Source: a virus (Duplodnaviria; Caudoviricetes). From it: DNA of 55,813 bases. The stretch lies in the IMG/VR virus record IMGVR_UViG_3300002460_000038, positions 1 to 55,813 of that record; one strand, given 5' to 3'. The position numbers and the translations under genes were made by a program. Shown in pieces: positions 1 through 8,840 of this stretch. Position 1 is the first letter of the stretch; each line of letters starts with the position of its first letter. The notes under the pieces were generated by a model. It had not been told where the DNA came from, made no database searches, and was given only the letters and a program-made list of their open reading frames with translations.

Positions 1-12
1 GCGGCCCGCCTC
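1..12. repeat. 12-bp terminal direct repeat (also 55802-55813); circular/permuted contig
   Basis: gcggcccgcctc at both ends; endolysin frame continues across the junction. Confidence 0.85.
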
Positions 13-129
13 TACATGGTCGACCGTTGGAGCGATGCGGACAAGCGCCAGAAGGTCTTCGAGGAAGGCGTCGAGAGTCGGGCGTTGGAATTCTTTCTGA
101 GCCGGCCACTCGAGGGCGGTGTCCAGTGA
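1..129 (+). CDS. 3' end of GH108 endolysin (begins at 55397)
   Basis: Frame 1 reads AARLYMVDRWSDADKRQKVFEEG...VQ* and is in frame with 55397-55813. Confidence 0.8.
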   Translation, partial: AARLYMVDRWSDADKRQKVFEEGVESRALEFFLSRPLEGGVQ

Positions 130-539
130 CCGACGTCCTCGCCCCTGGCACGTTTCTCACGCCCTTGGTCCTGCGGCACGTCGGCGGCCGACGGTATCGC
201 GTCGAGCAGGACTTTACCTACATCACGCGCGCTGGTCGGCGCCTCGATGTCCCCGCGGGTTTCGTGACCGATGGCGGGTCGGTGCCACGCCTACTATGGC
301 CGCTCTACCCGCCGTTTGGCTCCGACTGCGACGAGGCGTACGTGCTCCACGACTACGGGTACGCCAACGCCGAACTGCTGAAGATGACGCGCGGCGAGGC
401 CGACGCGTTGATGCGCGAAGTCATGGACGTGAAGGGCTTCCGCGCGAGCGGTCGCGGCGCGGTCTTGGCTGGCGTGCGTCTCGGCGGGTGGCTCTCGTGG
501 CGGAAACATCGAAGGGCGGCTCGCAAGGAGAAGCCATGA
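126..539 (+). CDS. DUF1353-like protein
   Basis: VPAGFVTDGGSVPRLLW...AYVLHDYGY...RGEADALMRE motif; GTGA overlap with endolysin stop. Confidence 0.85.
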   Translation: MTDVLAPGTFLTPLVLRHVGGRRYRVEQDFTYITRAGRRLDVPAGFVTDGGSVPRLLWPLYPPFGSDCDEAYVLHDYGYANAELLKMTRGEADALMREVMDVKGFRASGRGAVLAGVRLGGWLSWRKHRRAARKEKP

Positions 540-887
540 AGGGTGATCGTCTTCCTGATGGCTGGCATCAGACGATGCCACCAGGGTCGTACGGCAAAGA
601 CGACTACGGCTCACATTCGCTGGACGATCGACGGCGATGCACCGGTGGTGGGGGTCGGCTTCGAGGTCGGGGCGCTGTGGGTGTTCGGCTATCCGTTTGT
701 CGGCCGACCCGGGGTCATCGTCTATGAGCGGGACGGCGAGACGTTGAAAGGCCGCTGGACGGTCGGCGGAGCTGAGACCACGTGGTCAGAGACGCTCACG
801 CGCGCGCCGGCGAATCATCCGCCGCCTCCGCCGACGCCGCAACGCGACACGCCGAAGCCCTCCGCCGGCACCGTGCGGCAGCTCTAA
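536..887 (+). CDS. hypothetical protein, possibly frameshifted near its start
   Basis: ATG at 536 with RBS is out of frame with ORF 543-887; removing one G from aagggtg gives MKVIVFLMAG. Confidence 0.45.
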
Positions 888-893
888 CGGGTT

Positions 894-967
894 GGCTCGT
901 CGGCCCGGGACCGCCGCTGGGAGCGCAGACTACCCCGGTTTGCGAGGCGGTGCCCGGGCCACGGGCC
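894..967. terminator. long GC stem-loop between convergent genes
   Basis: ggctcgt-ggcccggg-accgcc pairs with ggcggt-cccgggcc-acgggcc. Confidence 0.45.
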
Positions 968-985
968 ACGCGGCACGACAAGGCC

Positions 986-1585
986 CTACGCCCTGGCTAG
1001 AGCAGCACTTGGGATACCTGCCGTCCTACACCGAGCACGCCATCGTTCGAGCCGTTCTTCGTCCAACCATAGGCACGCGACAGGATTCAGCCCGTCCTGC
1101 AGCCGACCAATGAACAGTGCCAGTTCGTCGGTGAGTTCAAACCACTCCTGATTGATGCGGAGATGCGCAAACCGTTCGTGAACGGCAGCCTCAAGCGCGG
1201 CATGGCACGGTGTGGCGACGAGCAGTTCGAGGGGTTCCGAAGATGACGTCTGGAGCTTTGACCGTCGTTCCTCCGGGTCGACTGAACGGCCAATCTTCAC
1301 CTTCGTTCCAGCCCTCAAGGCGTACAGGTAGCACCATCCGTCGGGGCTGCGTGGCAAGAGCGGTTCGCGCTCCGGAAGTCTCGACAAAAAATCCCAATGT
1401 CCCCGCGCCCGCTCGTCAGTGCGCCAGCGGTCGATGACTTCCAGTGGCGTGGTCAACGGAAATCGCTTGTACGTCTCACGGCCACCGGCATGCTTAACCC
1501 GTGCCTCATATCCGTTCTTCTTGATGCGAATGCCTCTTGAAATACGAGTCGTCGTCGGCATGGCTGGCCGCTTTAGCGACGGCAT
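986..1585 (-). CDS. GIY-YIG (T5orf172/Mug113-like) nuclease with an N-terminal DNA-binding-like region
   Basis: YLYALRAGTKVKIGRS.DPEERRSKLQT...E.AVHERFAHLRINQEWF. Confidence 0.85.
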   Translation of the reverse strand: MPSLKRPAMPTTTRISRGIRIKKNGYEARVKHAGGRETYKRFPLTTPLEVIDRWRTDERARGHWDFLSRLPEREPLLPRSPDGWCYLYALRAGTKVKIGRSVDPEERRSKLQTSSSEPLELLVATPCHAALEAAVHERFAHLRINQEWFELTDELALFIGRLQDGLNPVACLWLDEERLERWRARCRTAGIPSAALARA

Positions 1586-1707
1586 CTCTCTGCTTCCGTT
1601 TCATGCGCGTTCGCACCACTCGCCGGACACTATTTTCGATGCTGTCCATTTAGCTCGCCCAGAAGCATAGCCGGTAAACCATTTAGAATCAGCATCTTGT
1701 AGGACAT

Positions 1708-1753
1708 AAACTTTTTGTTGACAAAAGTTTAGAATCGACACGATACTCTAGCC
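1708..1753 (+). promoter_or_regulatory. sigma70-type early promoter with an overlapping imperfect palindrome (operator); leaderless
   Basis: TTGACA 1718-1723, GATACT 1742-1747, ATG 6 nt later; palindrome aaactttttgt-tg-acaaaagttt. Confidence 0.65.
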
Positions 1754-1993
1754 ATGAAGCTGGGGCGGCGAGAGACGATCAAGAGAACGCTGAAGGCGCT
1801 CAGGGCAACGGCCGACCTCTCACAGATGGCCGTCGCCGAGCGAATTGGCGTGACGGGAAGACGCTACTGGCTCATTGAGAACGGGTATGAGCAGCCCACC
1901 GCCACCGAGTGCAATCGGTTGGCGAAGGTGCTCAAGGTCAAGGTTGACGAACTCGGGTTTCCCTCCTGTCAGGTCGAGGCACGGGCGTCATGA
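1754..1993 (+). CDS. Cro-like XRE HTH regulator
   Basis: LKALRATADLSQMAVAERIGVTGRRYWLIENG. Confidence 0.9.
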   Translation: MKLGRRETIKRTLKALRATADLSQMAVAERIGVTGRRYWLIENGYEQPTATECNRLAKVLKVKVDELGFPSCQVEARAS

Positions 1994-2721
1994 AGCCGGC
2001 GCCGAAGTACCTCACGGTTAAAGAAGCCGAGCAGCACCTGCGAGCCACCTACGGGCGCTCGTTCAAGCGGCATCTGCCTGCCGTGCGTCGGATGCCGGTG
2101 CGGGTGCAGTTGCGCACGTTGCGACTCGCCATCGGGAATCCCTCCCAGATCGAAGTCGAGCAGCTCGCACAGTTGCCGCGCGGTAAGTACTGGCGCATCG
2201 AGAACGGGTACGACGAACCCACACCAGAGGAACGCACGCGACTGGCCTTTGTGTTTCGCGTGAAACTTGCCGGCTTTGACAGTGACAAGGAACTCGGTGT
2301 GGCGATTGGCGACGAGGGACGGCCGATCAGCGCGTCGCAGCTCTCCGCGTGGTTCAGCCGCCAACCGAGGCACCGAGAACCCGCAGACCTGGCGCTTCGA
2401 ACAGCATCCCCGTTTAGGGCCAGCGCTCTTGCTCGCGCGGGCGGAAGTCACCGACGGAGCCGTCGTCAGGGTCTCGATCGAGTTGAACAGGAGGGTCGGA
2501 TGAATCGCATGGCCGTGGATTCGTCTCTGATCGCGAGCGCCGGACACGACGGGGACGCGATGGAAGTGGAACTCGCGAGCGGGCAGGTCTATCGGTACGA
2601 GGGGATCTCGCGCGAGCAGTACGACGCCTTTATGGCCTCGGACTCGAAGGGGAAGTACTTCAACGGCGTCATCAAGGGCGCGTGCGCGTCGTGCACGCGC
2701 GTGGATCGGCACGAGCACTAA
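1990..2721 (+). CDS. XRE HTH protein in frame with a C-terminal KTSC domain (KTSC probably has its own start at 2500)
   Basis: YWRIENGYDEPT HTH; VDSSLIASAGHD..MEVELASGQVYRY..SKGKYFN; RBS ggaggg before 2500. Confidence 0.75.
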   Translation: MKPAPKYLTVKEAEQHLRATYGRSFKRHLPAVRRMPVRVQLRTLRLAIGNPSQIEVEQLAQLPRGKYWRIENGYDEPTPEERTRLAFVFRVKLAGFDSDKELGVAIGDEGRPISASQLSAWFSRQPRHREPADLALRTASPFRASALARAGGSHRRSRRQGLDRVEQEGRMNRMAVDSSLIASAGHDGDAMEVELASGQVYRYEGISREQYDAFMASDSKGKYFNGVIKGACASCTRVDRHEH

Positions 2722-2770
2722 CAACGAAACGCCCGTAACGGCTGCCTGGAAGCTCCCCGTCACGGGCGTC

Positions 2771-4054
2771 ATGGAGAAAACGATGAGCAGTGTAGCACCC
2801 AATCTCATGAACGACAACGACGACCTGACCGACGTCATCGTCGACCCGAACCAACTGACGGCGAAGATTGCCGCCTGGAAAGCCGCGGGCTTCCACGTGC
2901 TCTCTCCGGCCATCAAGTTCACCAGCTTCGCCGTCAACTTCGGCGCGAACGTGGGCGCCCTGGTCATCAGCACCGACCCGGCGATGGGCGAGTGCTACTA
3001 CGACAAGGCGGCCATGAAGGAGGACGAGCGGGCGATTGCGCGCGTCGGCCTCGACAAATTCACGCAGCTCGCCGGCATCTCGTGGTTGCCGTCCAGCCGG
3101 CGCACCGACCCGCGCACGGTAATGAACCTGTGGGAATACCACGTCGATGGCGCCTTCGTCAGCTACGACGGCACGCCGCAAATCATCACCGGGACGTCGG
3201 AAGTCGACCTCCGTGACGGCGGCGCGCAGATTGGCGGTTGGACGCCGCAAGGCTGGAAGGACCTCCTGGCGGCGAACGTGGGGAAGCCCAAGGACCAATG
3301 CACCTGGAATATCGGCGGCTGGAGTGAGCAGCGCGTGATGAATGCGCGCCGGTTCGGGCTGCGGCTGGCGGAAACGAAGGCGAAGAACGCCGCCATTCGC
3401 ACGCTCGGCCTGAAGGGCAAGTACACGCTCGACGAGCTGGCGCGGCCGTTCATCATCCTGCGCTTCCAGTACATCCCGGACATGACCGACGCGAGCGTGC
3501 GGCACATGGTCGCCGCCGCGCACATGCGCGGTATCTCGGCGCTCTACGCCGGCACGGCACACCGGGAGCTGCCGGAACACACAGGCGGGGCCGACATCAT
3601 CGACATTTCGTCGGTGCGCCGGCCAGATCCGGTGCCGGTGTCCGTGGCGCCGCCGCCGGTGGCCGAGACACCACGGGCTGATAGTGCAGCGGCCAGCATC
3701 CAGGTCTCCAAAACCGAAGACGCCGGTTCGAGTCCGGCTCAGCCCGCCACGCCACCCGCCGCGCCCGACGTCTCCCCAGCGAACGTCATCAAGGAAGTGT
3801 CGCGGGAGACGAAGGCGTACGGGGCGAAGCACGCGAAGGCGGGCCAGACGTTTGTCAAGTTCCACATCATCGACGGGAACGGCGTCGACCACGTGACCAT
3901 CCGGGAGAACGTCGGTACGAAGGCGGAGAAGTACTGGCGCGAGCGCATTCCGGTGCGTATTAAGTCCGCGCTGAACGACTTCCGCGAGCAGGAGTTGTCG
4001 GCGATTGACCCGTTGCAGACGGCGCCCGTGGCGGCGGCGGAGATCCGGCTGTGA
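2771..4054 (+). CDS. phage recombination-module protein (putative ssDNA-annealing protein)
   Basis: Long ORF coupled to sbcD; LAETKAKNAAIR..Y..DEL.RPF motif; Pro/Ala linker. Function inferred from context. Confidence 0.55.
   Translation: MEKTMSSVAPNLMNDNDDLTDVIVDPNQLTAKIAAWKAAGFHVLSPAIKFTSFAVNFGANVGALVISTDPAMGECYYDKAAMKEDERAIARVGLDKFTQLAGISWLPSSRRTDPRTVMNLWEYHVDGAFVSYDGTPQIITGTSEVDLRDGGAQIGGWTPQGWKDLLAANVGKPKDQCTWNIGGWSEQRVMNARRFGLRLAETKAKNAAIRTLGLKGKYTLDELARPFIILRFQYIPDMTDASVRHMVAAAHMRGISALYAGTAHRELPEHTGGADIIDISSVRRPDPVPVSVAPPPVAETPRADSAAASIQVSKTEDAGSSPAQPATPPAAPDVSPANVIKEVSRETKAYGAKHAKAGQTFVKFHIIDGNGVDHVTIRENVGTKAEKYWRERIPVRIKSALNDFREQELSAIDPLQTAPVAAAEIRL
3675..3749 (+). tRNA. tRNA-Trp(CCA)-like sequence nested inside a CDS
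   Basis: Cloverleaf gggctga/tcagccc, gtgc/gcat, loop ctCCAaa, gccgg-ttcgagt-ccggc, discriminator G plus CCA; 2 mismatches in anticodon stem. Confidence 0.75.
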
Positions 4055-5337
4055 GCGACGCCGTCACCTTCGTCCAGGTCGGCGACACGCACCTGCACCC
4101 GGGCCCGCGCCAGGCGGACCGGCTCAAGGCGCTCGACCAGATCATCGCGGAGAACGTCACGGTGCCGAACCTTGGCGCGTGGCTCTGGCCGGGCGACCTC
4201 TTCCACCAGCGCAGCACGATCGAGGACCGCAACGCGCTGGCCGCGCGCCTGACGGCGATGGCGAATCGAGCGCCCGTGGTCATTTGCTACGGGAATCACG
4301 ATCTGCCCGGTGACCTCGATGTGTTCGGGAAGCTCGCCACGACCTGGTCGATTCACGTCGTCTCGACGCCGACGGTACTCCAGCTCCCGCTGGCCAGTGG
4401 CGACGTGGCCGCAGTGTTCGTGCTGCCGTACCCGACAGAGGCCGGGTTGGTGTCCCGCGGCGTCGCTCCGGGCGCACTCATCCCGACGGCGCGAGAAGCG
4501 CTGGACGTCATCTTCATGGACGCCGCAGCCAAGCTCGACACCGCGCGCGGCTATGGCTGGCCGACGCTGATGGTTGGTCACGTCAACGTGGCCGGGTCCA
4601 TTACGTCTGCCGGGCAGCCTAACATCGGCGCCGAAATCGAACTGGACGAGGCGCTGCTCGCACGCCTCGGCCCCGGCTGCTACAAGGGCCTGAATCATAT
4701 CCACAAGGCGCAGGCGATTGCCGGCGCGCATTACCCAGGCTCCATCTGTCGGCTCGACTTCGGCGAGATCGAGCCCAAGGGCTACCTCCGCATCGACTAC
4801 CGCCACATGTCCGATGGCCGTCAGTCGGCATGGGTGCCGGTTGAAGTCGAGACCTGCCCGCTGGACGTGCCGCCCCTGTACCACGTCGAGGGCTGGCTGT
4901 CGCGCGAGGGATTCACCTTCGACGTGAAGAAGGGACCTGACGGCGCCGTGCTGGAGAAGCCCGCGTCGTGGCGCGGCTGTCAGGTGCGCGCCCGTATCAA
5001 GTTCCACGAGAGCGAAAAGGGCCTGCTCGAAATGGCGAAGGCCCACGTCATTGCCGAGTTCGCCGAAGCGATGCAGCCGGCGACCTACGAATACCAAGTC
5101 GTCCCCAATGGCGCAGTGCGAGCACCTGAAGTCGCCGCAGCGCGCACGCTGCCCGAGAAGGTGATGGCCTGGGCGGTCGAGACCAAGACCAGCCTCCCCG
5201 CGGACGTGCTGGAACTGTTGCCGGCGCTGGAACACGGCGATGCGGACGCAGTGGCAGTGGAGGAACGTCAGCGGATGGCGGCCTTGCTCGACCCGCCCAC
5301 GGCCGTTGCCGAGGAAAGGCAGGAGGCGGTCGCATGA
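4051..5337 (+). CDS. sbcD: SbcD/Mre11-like metallophosphoesterase nuclease
   Basis: GDTHL, GDLFH, GNHD, GH, NHIHK, YPGS..RLDFGE motifs. Confidence 0.92.
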   Translation: MSDAVTFVQVGDTHLHPGPRQADRLKALDQIIAENVTVPNLGAWLWPGDLFHQRSTIEDRNALAARLTAMANRAPVVICYGNHDLPGDLDVFGKLATTWSIHVVSTPTVLQLPLASGDVAAVFVLPYPTEAGLVSRGVAPGALIPTAREALDVIFMDAAAKLDTARGYGWPTLMVGHVNVAGSITSAGQPNIGAEIELDEALLARLGPGCYKGLNHIHKAQAIAGAHYPGSICRLDFGEIEPKGYLRIDYRHMSDGRQSAWVPVEVETCPLDVPPLYHVEGWLSREGFTFDVKKGPDGAVLEKPASWRGCQVRARIKFHESEKGLLEMAKAHVIAEFAEAMQPATYEYQVVPNGAVRAPEVAAARTLPEKVMAWAVETKTSLPADVLELLPALEHGDADAVAVEERQRMAALLDPPTAVAEERQEAVA

Positions 5338-5570
5338 GGAAGTTCTACCGTCGCCTTCGCGCCCTGCTGTCGCTGTGGTGGGAATGTCGCACGCGGCGGT
5401 GCTCGTACTTCGAGCATTACCTCGCATATGGCCCGCCTGAGCTGAGCCACATCGGCTATCACACCGCGGAGCGCTTGGCCATTCGCCACTTTAACAACTG
5501 CTCTCGGTCGTTTCGCGGCGACGGCCCGTGCCCGTCGTGCCTCGCGTGGGAGCGGAGGGTGCGCGCATGA
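5334..5570 (+). CDS. hypothetical Cys-rich protein
   Basis: ATGA overlaps at both ends; RBS aggagg. Confidence 0.6.
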   Translation: MRKFYRRLRALLSLWWECRTRRCSYFEHYLAYGPPELSHIGYHTAERLAIRHFNNCSRSFRGDGPCPSCLAWERRVRA

Positions 5571-8020
5571 AGCTCGAACGCCTCGAGATCAAGGGTTTCA
5601 TGAACTTCCGCGAGCCGGCGACGCTGGACCTGCGGGACATCCCGTCCGGGCTCGTCTCCATCACCGGCGTCAACGGCCACGGCAAGACGCGGTTGCTCGA
5701 CGCCGGCCCTGGCGCGCTCTACGGGGAGTTCTTCTCCCGCGACGGCAACATGGCCGAGTACGCCACGGAGCCGGACGCCTACATCGACGCGCTGTACCAC
5801 GTCGAAGGCCGCGGGTCCTACCGGGCCCGCATGAACGTGGATGGCGTGAAGGGCAACCGGGACGCCGTCCTCGAGCTGGTGCAGCCGGACGGCTCGAAGG
5901 TGCCCTTGAACGACGGCAAGGTCAGCACGTTCAAGGAGTCGGTCGGCCAGATCTTCCCGCCCAAGGAATTGCTGTTGGCGTCGGCGTTCGCCGCGCAGAA
6001 CCGGGCGGGCTCGTTCGTGTCCCTCGACCGCAGCAAGCGGAAGGACCTGTTCGGGAAGCTGCTCGGGCTGGAGCACTACGCTCGGATGGCGGCCACCGCC
6101 AAGGCGTGCGCCGACATCGTCGAGAGCACCCGGGCCCGGCTCCAGGAGCGTCGTGATTTCCTCCTGCGGGAAACGTCGCCAGCCATCTTCGACGAGCAGC
6201 AGGCTCGGGCGAACGTGCTGCAGGCGGAGCTCGGTAACGCGGGACTGGCGCGCGCCGACCTCCAGACGCAGATTGAAGGGCTGACCGCGGAACGCGCCGA
6301 CCTCACCGAGCAGGCGATGGCGCACCTGAAGTCGCTGGAGCGCATCGAGACCCTGAAGGCGACGATCGCCACGCGTACCGCCGAGCGGGAGCAGGTCGAC
6401 GTCGACCGGCGCGCCGCGCAGGACGGCGCCGTGGTGGAACGGACGCGCGCGGACATTCAGCGCACGACCACGCTGGGCAGCCTGGACGAGCGGGAGCAGG
6501 CCGAGCGTGACCGGCACGCGGCCACGGTGGCAGACCTCCGCGAGCGGATTGCCGGGAATCAGACCCTCAACAGCAAGGCGGACGAGATTCGGGCAGCGTG
6601 CATCGCGAAGGCGGACGCCACGGCGCAGCGCGAGGGGTTGCAGGAGAAAGAGCGGCGTCTCCGCGAGGACCTCGACCAGTTCCGGGACCAGGTCCGCGGC
6701 CGGGAAGGGAAGCTGCGCGAGCTGGCCACCGTCGAGCGGGACCTGACGGCCGCGCGTGAGAGCGCCCGGACGCTGACCGTTGTGAAGTTCGGCGAGCAGT
6801 GCGGCGGTGAGAATCCGTGCCAGTTCGTCGCCAAGGCGGCGGCCGACAAGGGCTCGATTCCTGACCTCGAAGTGCAGGTGCAGCACGTCGCCACGTTGCG
6901 CGAAGGCGTGGCGCTCTGGACCGACAAGGTCACCGCGGCGCAGACCGACATCAAAGCCGTCCTCATCGCCATCGCGCAGGTCGACGCCAGGCTGAAGGGG
7001 CTCGAACCGCTGGCGAAATACGAGCCGGAGCTGGCCGCCACGGAAGCGCGCATCACCGAATACCAGCGCGTGCTCGACAACGAGGATGCGGCGCTCGTCG
7101 GTCGCCTCGCGGACATCGAGGCGCAGCGGAAGGCCGTCGACCTCCAGCACGGTGAGACCTTTGCCGACATCGAACGCCGCTTCGAGGCCCGGTGTGCGGA
7201 GCTGGCGGTCCGGCGCGAGACGCTGCTGGAGGCGTCGTCGCAGGCGCACCAGGCGCTCACCCTGGCCGAGCAGGAGGCCGACACCCTGGCGCCGGCAGCG
7301 CTCCGGCTGAAGGTGCTCGACGAGGAACTGGGGTCCGCGCGTGTCGCCTGGACCACGAATGAAGCCACGCTGGCCGGGCTCGCGGTCCGCAAGGACCAGT
7401 TGACCCGTGAACGGACCGCGCTGGCGGCGAAGCGAGCGGAACTGCAGTCGGTCCTGGACCGGCTGCGCCAGGTCGAGGACCGGTTGCTCTGCTGGAACGT
7501 GTTCGTCAAAGCGTTCGGCCGGGACGGGCTGCCGACGCTGGAGATCGCGGCGGCCGGGCCGACCGTCTCGAACCTGACCAACGACCTGCTCACGGCGTGC
7601 TTCGGCCCGCGGTTCTCCGTGGAGCTCGTCACCCAGGAAGAGCGCGCGGACAAGAAGGGGCTCAAGGAGTGCTTCGAGCTTCGCATTTTTGACAATGAGC
7701 ACGGCGGCGACAGCCGCGATCTGGCGGACCTCTCCGGCGGCGAGAGAGTAATTGTCGACGAGGCGCTACGGGCCGCGCTGGCCTTGTATGTGAACAGCCG
7801 CAACGTCGCCCCAATCCGCACGTGTTGGAGAGACGAAACCTTGGGGGCGCTCGATCCTGACAACGCGACGCGTTATGTCGCGATGCTCCGGCGTCTCCTC
7901 GACCTCGGCGGCTTTCACCACATTCTTTACGTTTCCCACAACCTCGACGCAGCGGCGCTGGCCGACACGCAAATCGTCGTGCGCGACGGCCAGCCCGAAG
8001 TCCTTCGGAGGGTCGCGTGA
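5567..8020 (+). CDS. sbcC: SbcC/Rad50-like SMC ATPase
   Basis: MKLERLEIKGF; Walker A GVNGHGKT; coiled coil; LSGGE signature; DETLGALD; VSH. Confidence 0.93.
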   Translation: MKLERLEIKGFMNFREPATLDLRDIPSGLVSITGVNGHGKTRLLDAGPGALYGEFFSRDGNMAEYATEPDAYIDALYHVEGRGSYRARMNVDGVKGNRDAVLELVQPDGSKVPLNDGKVSTFKESVGQIFPPKELLLASAFAAQNRAGSFVSLDRSKRKDLFGKLLGLEHYARMAATAKACADIVESTRARLQERRDFLLRETSPAIFDEQQARANVLQAELGNAGLARADLQTQIEGLTAERADLTEQAMAHLKSLERIETLKATIATRTAEREQVDVDRRAAQDGAVVERTRADIQRTTTLGSLDEREQAERDRHAATVADLRERIAGNQTLNSKADEIRAACIAKADATAQREGLQEKERRLREDLDQFRDQVRGREGKLRELATVERDLTAARESARTLTVVKFGEQCGGENPCQFVAKAAADKGSIPDLEVQVQHVATLREGVALWTDKVTAAQTDIKAVLIAIAQVDARLKGLEPLAKYEPELAATEARITEYQRVLDNEDAALVGRLADIEAQRKAVDLQHGETFADIERRFEARCAELAVRRETLLEASSQAHQALTLAEQEADTLAPAALRLKVLDEELGSARVAWTTNEATLAGLAVRKDQLTRERTALAAKRAELQSVLDRLRQVEDRLLCWNVFVKAFGRDGLPTLEIAAAGPTVSNLTNDLLTACFGPRFSVELVTQEERADKKGLKECFELRIFDNEHGGDSRDLADLSGGERVIVDEALRAALALYVNSRNVAPIRTCWRDETLGALDPDNATRYVAMLRRLLDLGGFHHILYVSHNLDAAALADTQIVVRDGQPEVLRRVA

Positions 8021-8553
8021 TCAGCCCGACAGGCTTGTGCTGCTGCGGCTGTGGTCAGTCGACGAGGATTGCCGAGTGCGCGAATTCTCGCACTGGTGAT
8101 GTCAAGGGAGAGCCGCGACGTTTCCTGAAGGGGCATCAGACGCGCCGCCCGAGTCCACCTGGAAGGCGGTTGTCCACTGGCGGGTACGTGTTGCTCTTCG
8201 CGCCTGAGCATCCACGCGCTACGACCAACGGTTCTGTCTTTGAGCACATCGTCGTCGCTGAAAAGGCGCTCGGGCGTCTGTTACCACTTGGCGCTGTCGT
8301 GCATCACGTGAACGACGAGAAGGCGGAGAACCGCAACGACAACCTTGTGATTTTGGAAAACAACTCGGAGCACAAGTCCCTCCACCGGCGAAGGCGCGTG
8401 CTGCGTGCCGGCGGGAACCCCTGGACGCAGTGGCTGTGCTCAACGTGCAAGCTCCCGAAGGATTTGACCGAGTTTTATCGCCGGAAGAACGGCTGGGTGA
8501 ACTCGGAGTGCAAGACCTGCGAGCGAAAGCGACGCGGGACGGCGGCGGCGTGA
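8017..8553 (+). CDS. HNH endonuclease
   Basis: CCCGCG; EHIVVAEKALGR.L...VVHHVNDEKAENRNDNL; C-terminal CxxC pairs. Confidence 0.9.
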   Translation: MISPTGLCCCGCGQSTRIAECANSRTGDVKGEPRRFLKGHQTRRPSPPGRRLSTGGYVLLFAPEHPRATTNGSVFEHIVVAEKALGRLLPLGAVVHHVNDEKAENRNDNLVILENNSEHKSLHRRRRVLRAGGNPWTQWLCSTCKLPKDLTEFYRRKNGWVNSECKTCERKRRGTAAA

Positions 8554-8554
8554 C

Positions 8555-8626
8555 CGCAGGCGGGCCGGTGCCCTGTTGGGTCTCATAAGCCCGACGTGCC
8601 GAGTTCGACTCTCGGGCCTGCAACCA
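8555..8626 (+). tRNA. tRNA-Met(CAT), initiator-like with reduced D-arm
   Basis: cgcaggc/gcctgca with C1:A72 mismatch; ggg/ccc anticodon stem; ctCATaa; ccgag-ttcgact-ctcgg; ACCA end. Confidence 0.8.
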
Positions 8627-8840
8627 AGTTTCGGAGGCTTCATCGTCGGCAGAGACAACGGCCAGCCACGCGTCACGCAGAAAGGCTGAGAGCCGGCGCC
8701 GAATGGGGCGTGACCCTCCGAATTGATTTGACGGTGCAAGGCCGCGCTGGCTGTGCGCGGCAAATCGCAGCCGACCCGGGAACTGGCTCGTTCCCAAAGA
8801 CAACTGAATTCTGGCTGGACCTTCTGAACGGGAGAGATCC

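Noticed and set aside
1980-1992. cacgggcgtcatg repeated at 2761-2773 before two starts
   Set aside because: Only 13 bp and GC-rich; too weak to call
5459-7702. Long minus-strand ORFs (also 3739-5427, 13915-16023, 22442-23875, 41355-44024)
   Set aside because: Codon-aligned shadows of GC-rich genes with no recognisable motifs
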